DNA of 64,000 bases, from NCBI GenBank assembly GCA_963666285.1, contig OY762712.1. One strand, written 5' to 3'. The stretch is from Sedimentisphaerales bacterium. GTDB taxonomy: Bacteria; Planctomycetota; Phycisphaerae; Sedimentisphaerales; SM23-30. Of the stretch, positions 19,472 through 28,220 are shown piece by piece. The position numbers were made by a program, and so were the translations under genes. Numbering within the stretch: the first letter of the stretch is position 1; the number at the start of each line of letters is the position of its first letter. The notes below the pieces were generated by a model. It was not told the DNA's origin, did no database searches, and saw nothing but the letters and a program-made list of their open reading frames with translations.

Positions 19472-21180
19472 TAAATTCTCTCACGCATCTTATCAACACA
19501 GCCAGCCGGTGCCAGATAGCCGATAAACCTGCCATTACCAAGGTCACAAACTCCGTCAATCTGCGGTCTGTAGTCAAGGTCAAGAAGCGGGTTTACTATC
19601 CTGTTATTGCGTTCCAGCACCAGGTTAACAGGATAGCCCTGATGTGATTCTTCGGTTGTATCACCCATAGGATCATCTTGATTGAGACCACCGTAAGCCT
19701 GATAGTTCTCTCCTATTCTGTTATAATCCCAAACGATATTATCTTCGAGTGCAACAGGACCATACCCTCTGCCAACACCAATACCACGTCCCAGTACCTT
19801 ACAAACAATATTTCTGGCTATTACAATCGGTCCAACCTGACCAGACCCAGGAGTATCAACCGGCAAAGTAAAAATACCCTGATCGCAATCGAAAACAGTA
19901 TTATTGGTTACACTAACATTTGTATGACACTGACGTGCTGTTATAATCCCATGCCCTCGGCAATTATATACCAGGTTATTATGGCACTCTGTTACCCAAC
20001 ATAAAGCATTAGACATTGTATCGTTTATAACACAATCCTTAATGGAATACTCAGCTCTCGGTAATATTACCGGCCCGCCTGTACCTTCCCAGGAAACAAG
20101 CCCGTTACCGCCGTTTAAGATACATCGATAGAAACTTACCTTACCGGCCCATTCATCATCGTTTGCCTGATTATCAAGACATATCGCTGCACGCTGGTAT
20201 TCGCCAAGGTCAAATTCACATTCGATTATCTGGATATCCTGTGTGTCCCTGAACTGGAACGGATACCAATATGTCTGCTGTAAGGTAGCCTTAAAGACCA
20301 GGCCACGAAATACCGGCTGAGCGAAACCATAATTATTTGTATTGGTATGGAAAAGGTTTGACGTTGCCATATTCTCATTATCAATGGTAGCGCCAAAAGC
20401 GGAATATTCACCATTGGTATCAACAGCCATATATAGAAGATGATCTGCCACCCCATATACAGAACCGTTGGACGATTGCGGGTAAGGCTTGATATGACCC
20501 TCTATCAATATCTGCGAATAGTCCGGGAAAGCGGTACTATGGATTTCAGTTCCATCCCAATGACCGCCAATATTAAGCTCTATAATACTATAACTGATAA
20601 GATTTAGACCGGTATCGCCGTAAACAACAATAGTTAATACTTCCTGTTCTTCACCATCTACACTACTGACATAACCCCAGAAATCCTGACCGGATAAATC
20701 AATATGACAACCACACCCTCTTGGGATAGTTGGCCCTATCGGATTACAGTTCACACGAAACTCAGTTACATAAGAGTGAACGTATATACTTGATGTATTC
20801 TTACTGGTTGATGATCCGTAAACATAAAAAGATGAATAATCATCAGGTCTAAGATCATCGTCAAGAAGAACTTCAATATAATTCAAGGATGTATTGATAG
20901 CCTGGACATAACCATAGTAATAATCATATCCGCCATTATAAGCACTTATCGTTACATATTCATAACTATTAAAATCATCAGTGGAAAGTGATGAAAAACT
21001 TATACGTATATACCTTCCTGCAACACCTTCTATGCCATAAAATGTAGTAAGATTGGCAAGTGCAGCACCATTATTATGTATATTGGAAGCGTTAGCTTCC
21101 ATACCAGGCATCCAGTTACCGCCGTTATACATACTGGCACCGGGCCGGTCTGACATATAAAACTTAGCAGCGCCGTTCAT
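19471..21180 (-). CDS. tailspike / depolymerase-like right-handed beta-helix protein
   Basis: 569 aa. The C-terminal half shows periodic beta-helix-type rungs (NNLVYNC, NNTVFDC, ARNIVC, EDNIVWD, ERNNRIVN). Confidence 0.6.
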   Translation of the reverse strand: MNGAAKFYMSDRPGASMYNGGNWMPGMEANASNIHNNGAALANLTTFYGIEGVAGRYIRISFSSLSTDDFNSYEYVTISAYNGGYDYYYGYVQAINTSLNYIEVLLDDDLRPDDYSSFYVYGSSTSKNTSSIYVHSYVTEFRVNCNPIGPTIPRGCGCHIDLSGQDFWGYVSSVDGEEQEVLTIVVYGDTGLNLISYSIIELNIGGHWDGTEIHSTAFPDYSQILIEGHIKPYPQSSNGSVYGVADHLLYMAVDTNGEYSAFGATIDNENMATSNLFHTNTNNYGFAQPVFRGLVFKATLQQTYWYPFQFRDTQDIQIIECEFDLGEYQRAAICLDNQANDDEWAGKVSFYRCILNGGNGLVSWEGTGGPVILPRAEYSIKDCVINDTMSNALCWVTECHNNLVYNCRGHGIITARQCHTNVSVTNNTVFDCDQGIFTLPVDTPGSGQVGPIVIARNIVCKVLGRGIGVGRGYGPVALEDNIVWDYNRIGENYQAYGGLNQDDPMGDTTEESHQGYPVNLVLERNNRIVNPLLDLDYRPQIDGVCDLGNGRFIGYLAPAGCVDKMRERI

Positions 21181-21183
21181 TGA

Positions 21184-21663
21184 TTATTCTCCTGAAGATA
21201 GTTGTACCTTTGCCAGAGACGCCAGAGCCGTTCCACTCATCGCTTCACGCTGGTAAGGCTGCCCTTCTGTCCCTTCAACGATCATCTGCCAGACCTCAAG
21301 ACATGCAGCTCCTATTTTGAACAGTTCCAGGGCATCAACAGCGTTTACTTTCTTGCGAAGATCGATTCTAATATCCGGCCCTATCAACTCACCCTGCTCA
21401 TCTGCAATTACTTCCAGAACCTCAATAGCATTCAATAATGCCTTCATATTCGGGTCTGTCTCAGAATCTCCCGCCGTTGGCGTATAACCACTTTCTGCTG
21501 CCAGACGCAACAGCATAGCCACAACCTCAGCCTGCCGGTCTTTAACCGCTGTCATTATCCGCTTTATACTGGTCATAAAATCAGCGATATTACGGCTATG
21601 GGCCGTTAGTTTCTGCTGTTCGATCTTTTCCAGGGTAATTGTATTACTTGTTTCTGCTGCCAT
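21184..21663 (-). CDS. hypothetical phage protein
   Basis: 159-aa ORF in the operon. Overlaps its upstream neighbour by 20 nt. Confidence 0.55.
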   Translation of the reverse strand: MAAETSNTITLEKIEQQKLTAHSRNIADFMTSIKRIMTAVKDRQAEVVAMLLRLAAESGYTPTAGDSETDPNMKALLNAIEVLEVIADEQGELIGPDIRIDLRKKVNAVDALELFKIGAACLEVWQMIVEGTEGQPYQREAMSGTALASLAKVQLSSGE

Positions 21664-21889
21664 GCTTTATTCCTCTTTTCCTAAACTCATCCAGCAAAAT
21701 AACCGGATATGTACGTGGTTCATATTTCAGTAATTTCATAACATCCTGCTTATTTCGATACCCTTCAGAAAATATCAGGATATTGCCGTTAGCGGCAACT
21801 TTACGCATGCGCCACTGACCACGGCCATCACGATATATCTCGATTTTGGCCTTGGGATATCGAAACCGGTCAATTAACTTCTTTATCAT
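21644..21889 (-). CDS. DUF1508 / YegP-like domain protein
   Basis: KIEIYRDGRGQWRMRKVAANGNILIFSEGYRNKQD matches the YegP repeat pattern (F/IE-x-Y-x-x-x-x-G-x-W/F-R-x-x-x-x-A-x-NG-x-I-x-x-S-E-x-Y). Confidence 0.6.
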   Translation of the reverse strand: MIKKLIDRFRYPKAKIEIYRDGRGQWRMRKVAANGNILIFSEGYRNKQDVMKLLKYEPRTYPVILLDEFRKRGIKHGSRNK

Positions 21890-21961
21890 TGAAAAACCCT
21901 TTTATAGTAAAGCCTGCCCTGCCGATTTACGGCAGGACAGACGACAATCCACCAAATTAAA

Positions 21962-22693
21962 CTATAGCTGTGCCTTGATCTCTGCAATCTTAGCCGGGGT
22001 AGTTGGCGACTTCTGTTTCTCACGAAGAGAATCTTTAAGTACCTGCAATGCCCCGGTATCGCTATTGATACTGTCTTTGGCCTTCTGGACACCCTGAATA
22101 GTCTCTTTTAAGGCTGTCCTGGTCTCATGCAGTTCAGCTTCTGCCTCACTTAGCATTTGTTCAGACTCATCCAGATCATCTTTGATAAGCCACTTATCAA
22201 ACTCGACCTGCTCTTTTTCCTTAGTAACAGCCTTAACCTGCTTACCTTTCTTACGGGCAATTACAGATGCGATACCGGTTATTGCCAGTAGAATAGCATC
22301 TATAGTGCCGGAAAACGGATTGAATGCAGAAGTCCATCGATTGATCGTTCGGGCGGTATCAATCATCCCAACAGTACCATCTTCATACTGATAATCTGCC
22401 ATCTGGTCAGTTACAGTCTTGATATTGCCCTGGACGACATCTATCTCACCGGATACTTTCGAGACCTGCTGAACTACCTTATCATCTACAACACCCTGTT
22501 CATTTAGATTTTGAACAAGCGGCACCACAGCTTCCTGTAGAGATTCGACAGTTTCGTTAAGCATTTCGGTATAACTGACAATATCCTGACCGGTCTGGGC
22601 TTTATAGCTACTGCAACCGGTGGTAAAAAAGCACAAGGCCAGCATAGCCGCCAGAGTGCAAAGTAATATCCCACTAATCTGTTTATTAGACAT
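21962..22693 (-). CDS. lipoprotein with an internal TM helix and C-terminal coiled coil
   Basis: Signal peptide with lipobox (LCFFTTGC-S), a hydrophobic helix (GTIDAILLAITGIASVIA) mid-protein, and a charged helical tail. Confidence 0.6.
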   Translation of the reverse strand: MSNKQISGILLCTLAAMLALCFFTTGCSSYKAQTGQDIVSYTEMLNETVESLQEAVVPLVQNLNEQGVVDDKVVQQVSKVSGEIDVVQGNIKTVTDQMADYQYEDGTVGMIDTARTINRWTSAFNPFSGTIDAILLAITGIASVIARKKGKQVKAVTKEKEQVEFDKWLIKDDLDESEQMLSEAEAELHETRTALKETIQGVQKAKDSINSDTGALQVLKDSLREKQKSPTTPAKIAEIKAQL

Positions 22694-22731
22694 TTTTATT
22701 TTCTTTCTTCCTTTTGGATTATTTGAGTGTG

Positions 22732-22929
22732 TTATTGAGTGTTATTAGATTTATGTGTCGTTTCACAGTGCATCTGAAACTGGGCCGCGATAACCGCAAT
22801 TGCCTTCTGATTCTCAGATATCGATTTCTGATTCTCGGTTGTGACTTTGAAAAACCAACCTAAAACCACAATCAAAACTGTAAGAAGCGGCACACTTATC
22901 ATTGTATTTTTATTTACGGGTTCTGGCAT
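22732..22929 (-). CDS. small single-TM protein (holin-like or exclusion candidate)
   Basis: 65 aa with one TM helix (ISVPLLTVLIVVLGWFF) and a polar C-terminus. Lies directly upstream of the lipoprotein gene. Confidence 0.45.
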   Translation of the reverse strand: MPEPVNKNTMISVPLLTVLIVVLGWFFKVTTENQKSISENQKAIAVIAAQFQMHCETTHKSNNTQ

Positions 22930-23040
22930 TACAGTCCCCTTTCCAATATTTACTATCTAATTTGCACGCCAGAGCGTGAAACATAATTAACCATCCCCTA
23001 TCATGTCTCCCTGCGATCAAAGTTAAACACACAAGGTGTG

Positions 23041-23697
23041 CTATAAGAAACTAAGTTCAACATCATATTCATCCTGCTGAGATGCAATTTCAGCGGCAAG
23101 GGCCATACCCTGACTGATATATAACTCACTTACCCCGGATAATTGTGGTTTCTCATTAACTTCAAGGCGCAAGGCATAACCGGCTGTAATCTGGGTTAAT
23201 GCCTGATAGAAGTCCTGTAAGATAAGATTATCACCAGATACAGGGTCAGCCGGTGATATGCTGTACCAGAGATGAAGCGGTATATCGCTATACTGCGGTT
23301 GCGGGAACAGGATGATAGTTTTGTCACGTCGGGCATAAAATTCAGGTATGCTGCTACCATAATCTGCAATATCAGGGACATGGTTATCCAACAATACCGC
23401 ACCACCGGGAAACGGAGATAATGTCCTGGGCGAATAAGAATCCATGTATTTAAGGGTAATGATTTTACCCAGACCGCCCTCAACCGATGAGAAATCATAC
23501 TCATTCTGATCGGCGACAGTTGTAAATGAACTCTTATCAACCTTTGAACAGCCGTCGAGAGTAGGGTTAGCGGCAATAATCGCACGCTGGGCCGCACCGA
23601 CAAACCGCAGTAGTCTCGCTTCAGTTACCACGGCAGTATCATATTTTCTGCCAAGCTCAACCTGGACATCCTGAACAATATCACCAGCGGTCAACAT
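23041..23697 (-). CDS. virion structural protein (possible head-tail adaptor)
   Basis: 218 aa, coupled (1-nt overlap) to the upstream gene. Assignment rests on position downstream of the capsid genes only. Confidence 0.45.
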   Translation of the reverse strand: MLTAGDIVQDVQVELGRKYDTAVVTEARLLRFVGAAQRAIIAANPTLDGCSKVDKSSFTTVADQNEYDFSSVEGGLGKIITLKYMDSYSPRTLSPFPGGAVLLDNHVPDIADYGSSIPEFYARRDKTIILFPQPQYSDIPLHLWYSISPADPVSGDNLILQDFYQALTQITAGYALRLEVNEKPQLSGVSELYISQGMALAAEIASQQDEYDVELSFL

Positions 23698-24371
23698 TAA
23701 ACTGCCCCAAACGCAACATACTGAACCTGCTGATCGGGTACTTCAGGGATAAGTTCAACTTCAACCTTCAACTGGGAAGGACTGGAAGTGCCACCGGAAG
23801 AACCAAAGACCAGGTAATCACCGGCGGCAACCTGCGGACCGGCACCATCGGCATAGACCTTATCAGTTACCCCGTCAGCTGAAATACTAACAGCGTCAGC
23901 AGCGGCGATATAGGCATCTGCATCTGCTGTATTGCCAAGCAACGCAACAGGCGCACCGCCAGGTGCATTAGCCTGATATACCGTTACCCGTCCTATACGG
24001 GCATCTACCGGGCATATCCCAATCGGAACACCCGACCAGTTATTAGCCGAGACATGATCGCCATCATCAGCATCTGCAAACTTAAAGACAGGACGTGGCA
24101 CTCGTTTTGCCGAGACAATATGGTTACGGTCCCCGCTCCGGGAAATCTCGACATGTTCATTTACATATCTACCGCCCTGCTGCATGGCACCTGCAACTAT
24201 CGATACCTGCTCTAAAGCAAGCGGTGTATCAACCTGCATTTTATCTGTATGGTCTGGGTCTGTCGGGTTGCCATCTGAATCAGCAAACGGTATCTGACGT
24301 ATCACCAGAAACGGTCCACCCATCACACGGCCCCACAGCTCTTTACCGACCTGTAATATCTGTTTAATCAT
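23697..24371 (-). CDS. virion structural protein, function unknown
   Basis: 224 aa, GGAGG RBS 7 nt upstream, located in the capsid-proximal block. Confidence 0.55.
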   Translation of the reverse strand: MIKQILQVGKELWGRVMGGPFLVIRQIPFADSDGNPTDPDHTDKMQVDTPLALEQVSIVAGAMQQGGRYVNEHVEISRSGDRNHIVSAKRVPRPVFKFADADDGDHVSANNWSGVPIGICPVDARIGRVTVYQANAPGGAPVALLGNTADADAYIAAADAVSISADGVTDKVYADGAGPQVAAGDYLVFGSSGGTSSPSQLKVEVELIPEVPDQQVQYVAFGAV

Positions 24372-24427
24372 CGATTATCCTCCAAAATGATATGATTAAG
24401 GGCGGAGAACCCGCCCTGGAAATGAAA

Positions 24428-24967
24428 TTAGCTCGCTGCCTTGACATAGCCGACAACCGGCTTATCTGACATTGAAGCGTTACTAATGGCAATTTCACCG
24501 GATAAACCATGAAGCTGCATACTGTCACCTGCATCCAGTGAAAGAGTTACAGTAACACTTTTATCACTGAGACCGGGAACAAGCCCGATTGGACACTTAC
24601 CACCGGTCCAGAACCAGCCGAATTTGCCATCTTCCATTGCCGTAAGTGCAACTGCCGGTAACGCTCCTGTACTGATATTATCGCCATCCGGTGTAACTTC
24701 AGTATCCTTACCCTTGACAGTACCACACATCTGACCGGCAGCAGTTGCCGCAGCTCCACCTTTATTAAATTTAAGGTAGGTAAACTGGGTATAACCACCT
24801 GCTTCACGATCATAGATATTGACAGTAGTACCTAAATCTTCGGTAGGTTTTTCAACATTTGTCACATGACCGCTGGCGAAGGTATCGCCGTCACGGTCGA
24901 TTGAGATATCAGCCTGTTTGATAATACCGCAGATACGGCCCAAAAAGGTTATATTCACTAAATCCAT
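24428..24967 (-). CDS. capsid-associated protein (decoration/cement candidate)
   Basis: 179 aa immediately after the major capsid gene. Followed by a stem-loop at 24399-24417. Function is assigned by position only. Confidence 0.45.
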   Translation of the reverse strand: MDLVNITFLGRICGIIKQADISIDRDGDTFASGHVTNVEKPTEDLGTTVNIYDREAGGYTQFTYLKFNKGGAAATAAGQMCGTVKGKDTEVTPDGDNISTGALPAVALTAMEDGKFGWFWTGGKCPIGLVPGLSDKSVTVTLSLDAGDSMQLHGLSGEIAISNASMSDKPVVGYVKAAS

Positions 24968-25050
24968 CGTTATCCTCTTTTCGATGTTAGTTGTTTAAGT
25001 TAAATAATGGTGCCTGCCGGATGAACCGACAGACACACTAAATTTATGTG

Positions 25051-26244
25051 CTATGCACACAATACATTTGCACGCATCATGTTATTAACCGGGCTTTCAC
25101 AAGTGAAATTACCACGGAACTTAACATGTGCGAGATCCTCTTCCACACCACCTTTAACCTGGCTCTGGTCGAAGAAATCAGTAACCTCAAACGGCCCTTC
25201 ACTACTCTGTTGAGCGTCCGGGTCAGCCCAGTAACGAATACGCCAGGTCTTCAGATTCAAAATGAACAGGAAGTTATCACCGTTTGTTCCGTCAACTGTC
25301 AGCTCACCACAAAGGCCCTGCGCCCTGCCGTTGGAATCCTTAATGGAATTGTCATTGCGGTTTTTGCTGTCAAGTCCCCATTTAGTCATGTGAGACAGGT
25401 ATGGGTCTTTGATAATTTCCACATCGTTATAGATCATGCGGTCGAAACCTTGATTTATAACTTTTTCAGAACCGGTTACGGTCTGAATCTGTGACATCTC
25501 CAGGATACGTTTTAGCCCGTTAAACAGCTTATAACCGACGATAATGACTAGATCACCGTTAGATGTTTCGCTGTTTTCATTACAGGCATCTATCCATTCA
25601 TCCAGAATAGTCTTATTGAGAACAACCTCGCTAAAGATATTCTCATCATCAGCACTGAGCCACATTCTATTGCGGTCGATACCACGATCCAGCCCGCCGT
25701 AATAGTACAGATTATGTTCTGTATCACGACTGACAGCCGGGTTATCAGGATGTCTGGCAATTGCCCTCGGACTCAATAGAGCAGAACACAATCCCTGCAC
25801 ATTTGTATGGCCTTCATCCCACTCTCTATCACCGGCGCAAGAATATGTCCTTGCGATCAGTTTCTTTTTGAGTGCATCCAGAGCCATTCGGCTGTGCAAC
25901 CCTGCCAGATTGATAAGCTGATGGTCCCCCTTTGGCTTATTCTTGATCTTTTCATCGATCTTGGTTTCAATCGGCACCCTGATAAACGCAACATTCCAAC
26001 CTGCTTTAGCCAGGAAGTCCTTACGACCGCCGACAGTTGGGGTATTAGGCCCGTATTCCTGTGCCAGAGCATAGTAATCGTCCATCTGGTTTATCTGTTC
26101 GAATTTCAGACCGGCAGTAAACTGGGTCCGTTCCAGCAACCTGGTATATAATCCATTCTTCATTGCGAGTTGGGCTTTCCAACTCTTTTCCAATGCTTCG
26201 CGGGTTGCAATCGCGAGATTGGATTCTCCTTGTGTAACAGCCAT
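25051..26244 (-). CDS. major capsid protein (candidate)
   Basis: 397 aa, GGAGAGGA RBS, directly downstream of a coiled-coil scaffold-like gene. Size and synteny are typical. No motif-level proof. Confidence 0.6.
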   Translation of the reverse strand: MAVTQGESNLAIATREALEKSWKAQLAMKNGLYTRLLERTQFTAGLKFEQINQMDDYYALAQEYGPNTPTVGGRKDFLAKAGWNVAFIRVPIETKIDEKIKNKPKGDHQLINLAGLHSRMALDALKKKLIARTYSCAGDREWDEGHTNVQGLCSALLSPRAIARHPDNPAVSRDTEHNLYYYGGLDRGIDRNRMWLSADDENIFSEVVLNKTILDEWIDACNENSETSNGDLVIIVGYKLFNGLKRILEMSQIQTVTGSEKVINQGFDRMIYNDVEIIKDPYLSHMTKWGLDSKNRNDNSIKDSNGRAQGLCGELTVDGTNGDNFLFILNLKTWRIRYWADPDAQQSSEGPFEVTDFFDQSQVKGGVEEDLAHVKFRGNFTCESPVNNMMRANVLCA

Positions 26245-26312
26245 TTACGCTATCCTCTCCGGGTAGCTGGCTTATGACTGTCAGATCAAATCAAATAACC
26301 GGTTTTATGGCA

Positions 26313-27185
26313 TTAGCCACTACCTCCGGCCCTCATTTGCTCTAACACCTCATCCAGCGTCCCTTCTTTGATCGCTGGTTGGCCATAATCGCCACTGGCT
26401 GAGTCAAGAATAGCGTTATTAGTAACCTGGCTGTTGTTCTGATTACCAGAACCATCGCCATTTTGTCGGTCAAGTGTCATATAACTAAGCCTGGCCTGCT
26501 TTTTCATAATGTCACGTCTGGTCTCAAGCGGCATCTTACCGAAGCCTTTTGTACCTGTTACCGTCTGCTCGATCTCTTGCAGTACCTTATTACGATAGCC
26601 CTTGCTAAAGCCTTCCTTTTCGAGTTCGGTACACATATCGTTCAGCCATTTCTCGCCGTTCTGGGCGGCCTGCTGACGATGTGTTGTATGCAGCATTTCC
26701 TGGAGCTTTTGAGTTTGACTCTTCAAACTGCTGTTCTCCTGCTCCATCCTTGTCATCTTCTCGTTTAGCTCTACAATGACCTCGGTAGCCTTGTTATAAT
26801 CTTCCAAATCTTCAGCGGATAACTTCGATTTATTACCACCTGACTGACTTTCCAATTCGGCTATACGCACCTGGGCCTGCTCATGCTGGCTTGCCAGATC
26901 ATCATAATCTGTCTGTAATTCCCAAACCTTCTTATTGAGCCCTTTAACCTCGTTTTTATGCTGACGGTCCATATCCCACTGTTTGGAATCGCTGCCGTCT
27001 TTATTTGCCGAATCGCTATTATCGCCGTTGTCAGTGTTATCTGACTGCTCGTTGTTATTACCTGAGCCGCCACCGCCGCCGTCTTGTTCAGCGAACCGAT
27101 GACATGAAACACCGCCAATACCACTTAAAATGCTATACCTGCCCCGCAGTTTTGATTTTGTCCAATAGCTTTCAAAATTAAACAT
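26313..27185 (-). CDS. capsid scaffolding protein (candidate)
   Basis: 290 aa with a low-complexity G/N/D/S-rich N-terminal region and a long helical, charged core. Lies between the portal-side genes and the capsid gene. Confidence 0.55.
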   Translation of the reverse strand: MFNFESYWTKSKLRGRYSILSGIGGVSCHRFAEQDGGGGGSGNNNEQSDNTDNGDNSDSANKDGSDSKQWDMDRQHKNEVKGLNKKVWELQTDYDDLASQHEQAQVRIAELESQSGGNKSKLSAEDLEDYNKATEVIVELNEKMTRMEQENSSLKSQTQKLQEMLHTTHRQQAAQNGEKWLNDMCTELEKEGFSKGYRNKVLQEIEQTVTGTKGFGKMPLETRRDIMKKQARLSYMTLDRQNGDGSGNQNNSQVTNNAILDSASGDYGQPAIKEGTLDEVLEQMRAGGSG

Positions 27186-27335
27186 ACTTTCTCCTTCCCC
27201 GGCTGGTAAGCACGTAGCCCGCCATCGGCGATTAAAAGAACATAATTACAACACACCTTCTGCTGGTCTCAGCTCCCATCGGAAAGCACATGGCCCGCCA
27301 TAGGGTTACTTCAACTGCTCTGGTGTAACAATAAA

Positions 27336-28028
27336 CTAAACATTAATATTCAACAGCGTGCGCAGCTCTACTATACGCCTGCGGACCTTAATACTGGCCT
27401 TCGCTGTGAATGCTCCATCTTTCTTGAGCCATTTTGCTGTAAGATGTTCATATTCCTGCTGCATCGCAGCTTTCTTTTCTGCCCCTTTATCAACAGGTTC
27501 CGATTCTTCTTCCTGTTCGACTTCTTCATCAGAAATGCAGGAACCATCATCTTCGTTGCACTCTTCAGCCTCGCTCGTAGCTTTCTCTGGCTGTTTCGAT
27601 GTTGGTTTAGTGTCGTTTGATGTGGCCCCTGCAATATTCCGATATGTCTTGTGTACTTGCAATATAGTATCTTTTGACAGGTTCAAAGCTTCTATTACCG
27701 CTTCGATACTGCCAGCATTTTCAACCTGTGGTACGATAAAATCTGCAAAAGCTGTCTCATCATCCAATAGCGATAAGATCATCGCATCGTTACTGGTAAG
27801 CTTTGCAGCATCATCCGGGCTGATACAATCTGCAATATTCCTTGGTATCAATGATATATCCAGAACAATGTCCGGGAACTGCTCGTTAAACTGTGCTATA
27901 GCCAGTTTCCGGGCAGATTTCATGTTATGACCGGTTATCATATTACGCCGCCATAACGTAATAAAATCCTGCGGTACAATTGTCGGTTTTACTAGCGATA
28001 CTGTCGGTGGTTGTGTACTATCTTGCAT
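27336..28028 (-). CDS. hypothetical acidic phage protein
   Basis: 230-aa ORF with an acidic tract (EEECNEDDGSCISDEEVEQEEESE). In the operon. Confidence 0.55.
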   Translation of the reverse strand: MQDSTQPPTVSLVKPTIVPQDFITLWRRNMITGHNMKSARKLAIAQFNEQFPDIVLDISLIPRNIADCISPDDAAKLTSNDAMILSLLDDETAFADFIVPQVENAGSIEAVIEALNLSKDTILQVHKTYRNIAGATSNDTKPTSKQPEKATSEAEECNEDDGSCISDEEVEQEEESEPVDKGAEKKAAMQQEYEHLTAKWLKKDGAFTAKASIKVRRRIVELRTLLNINV

Positions 28029-28220
28029 TTATTTAACCTCTCGCTGCCTTTTAGGGTGAGTTTTATACACTTCTACCCTTGCAGCTATCTCTTTCCTTGC
28101 TTTATTAAGAGCGTGGCAGGTGTGCATATCAGGGTTTTCTACCTGTAGAATTGCCAATCGCTCCTGAAACTCGTAACTGTTTTCATCAACCTGCGGATAC
28201 CGGCTCTTTTTGCTTTTCAT
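28029..28220 (-). CDS. small hypothetical protein
   Basis: 63 aa. Overlaps the end of the portal candidate by 35 nt and abuts the next gene. Confidence 0.4.
   Translation of the reverse strand: MKSKKSRYPQVDENSYEFQERLAILQVENPDMHTCHALNKARKEIAARVEVYKTHPKRQREVK

Noticed and set aside
27358-27930. 190-aa plus-strand ORF
   Set aside because: It is a Ser/Cys/Phe-rich mirror of the acidic minus-strand gene 27336..28028, which fits the operon's strand and coupling.
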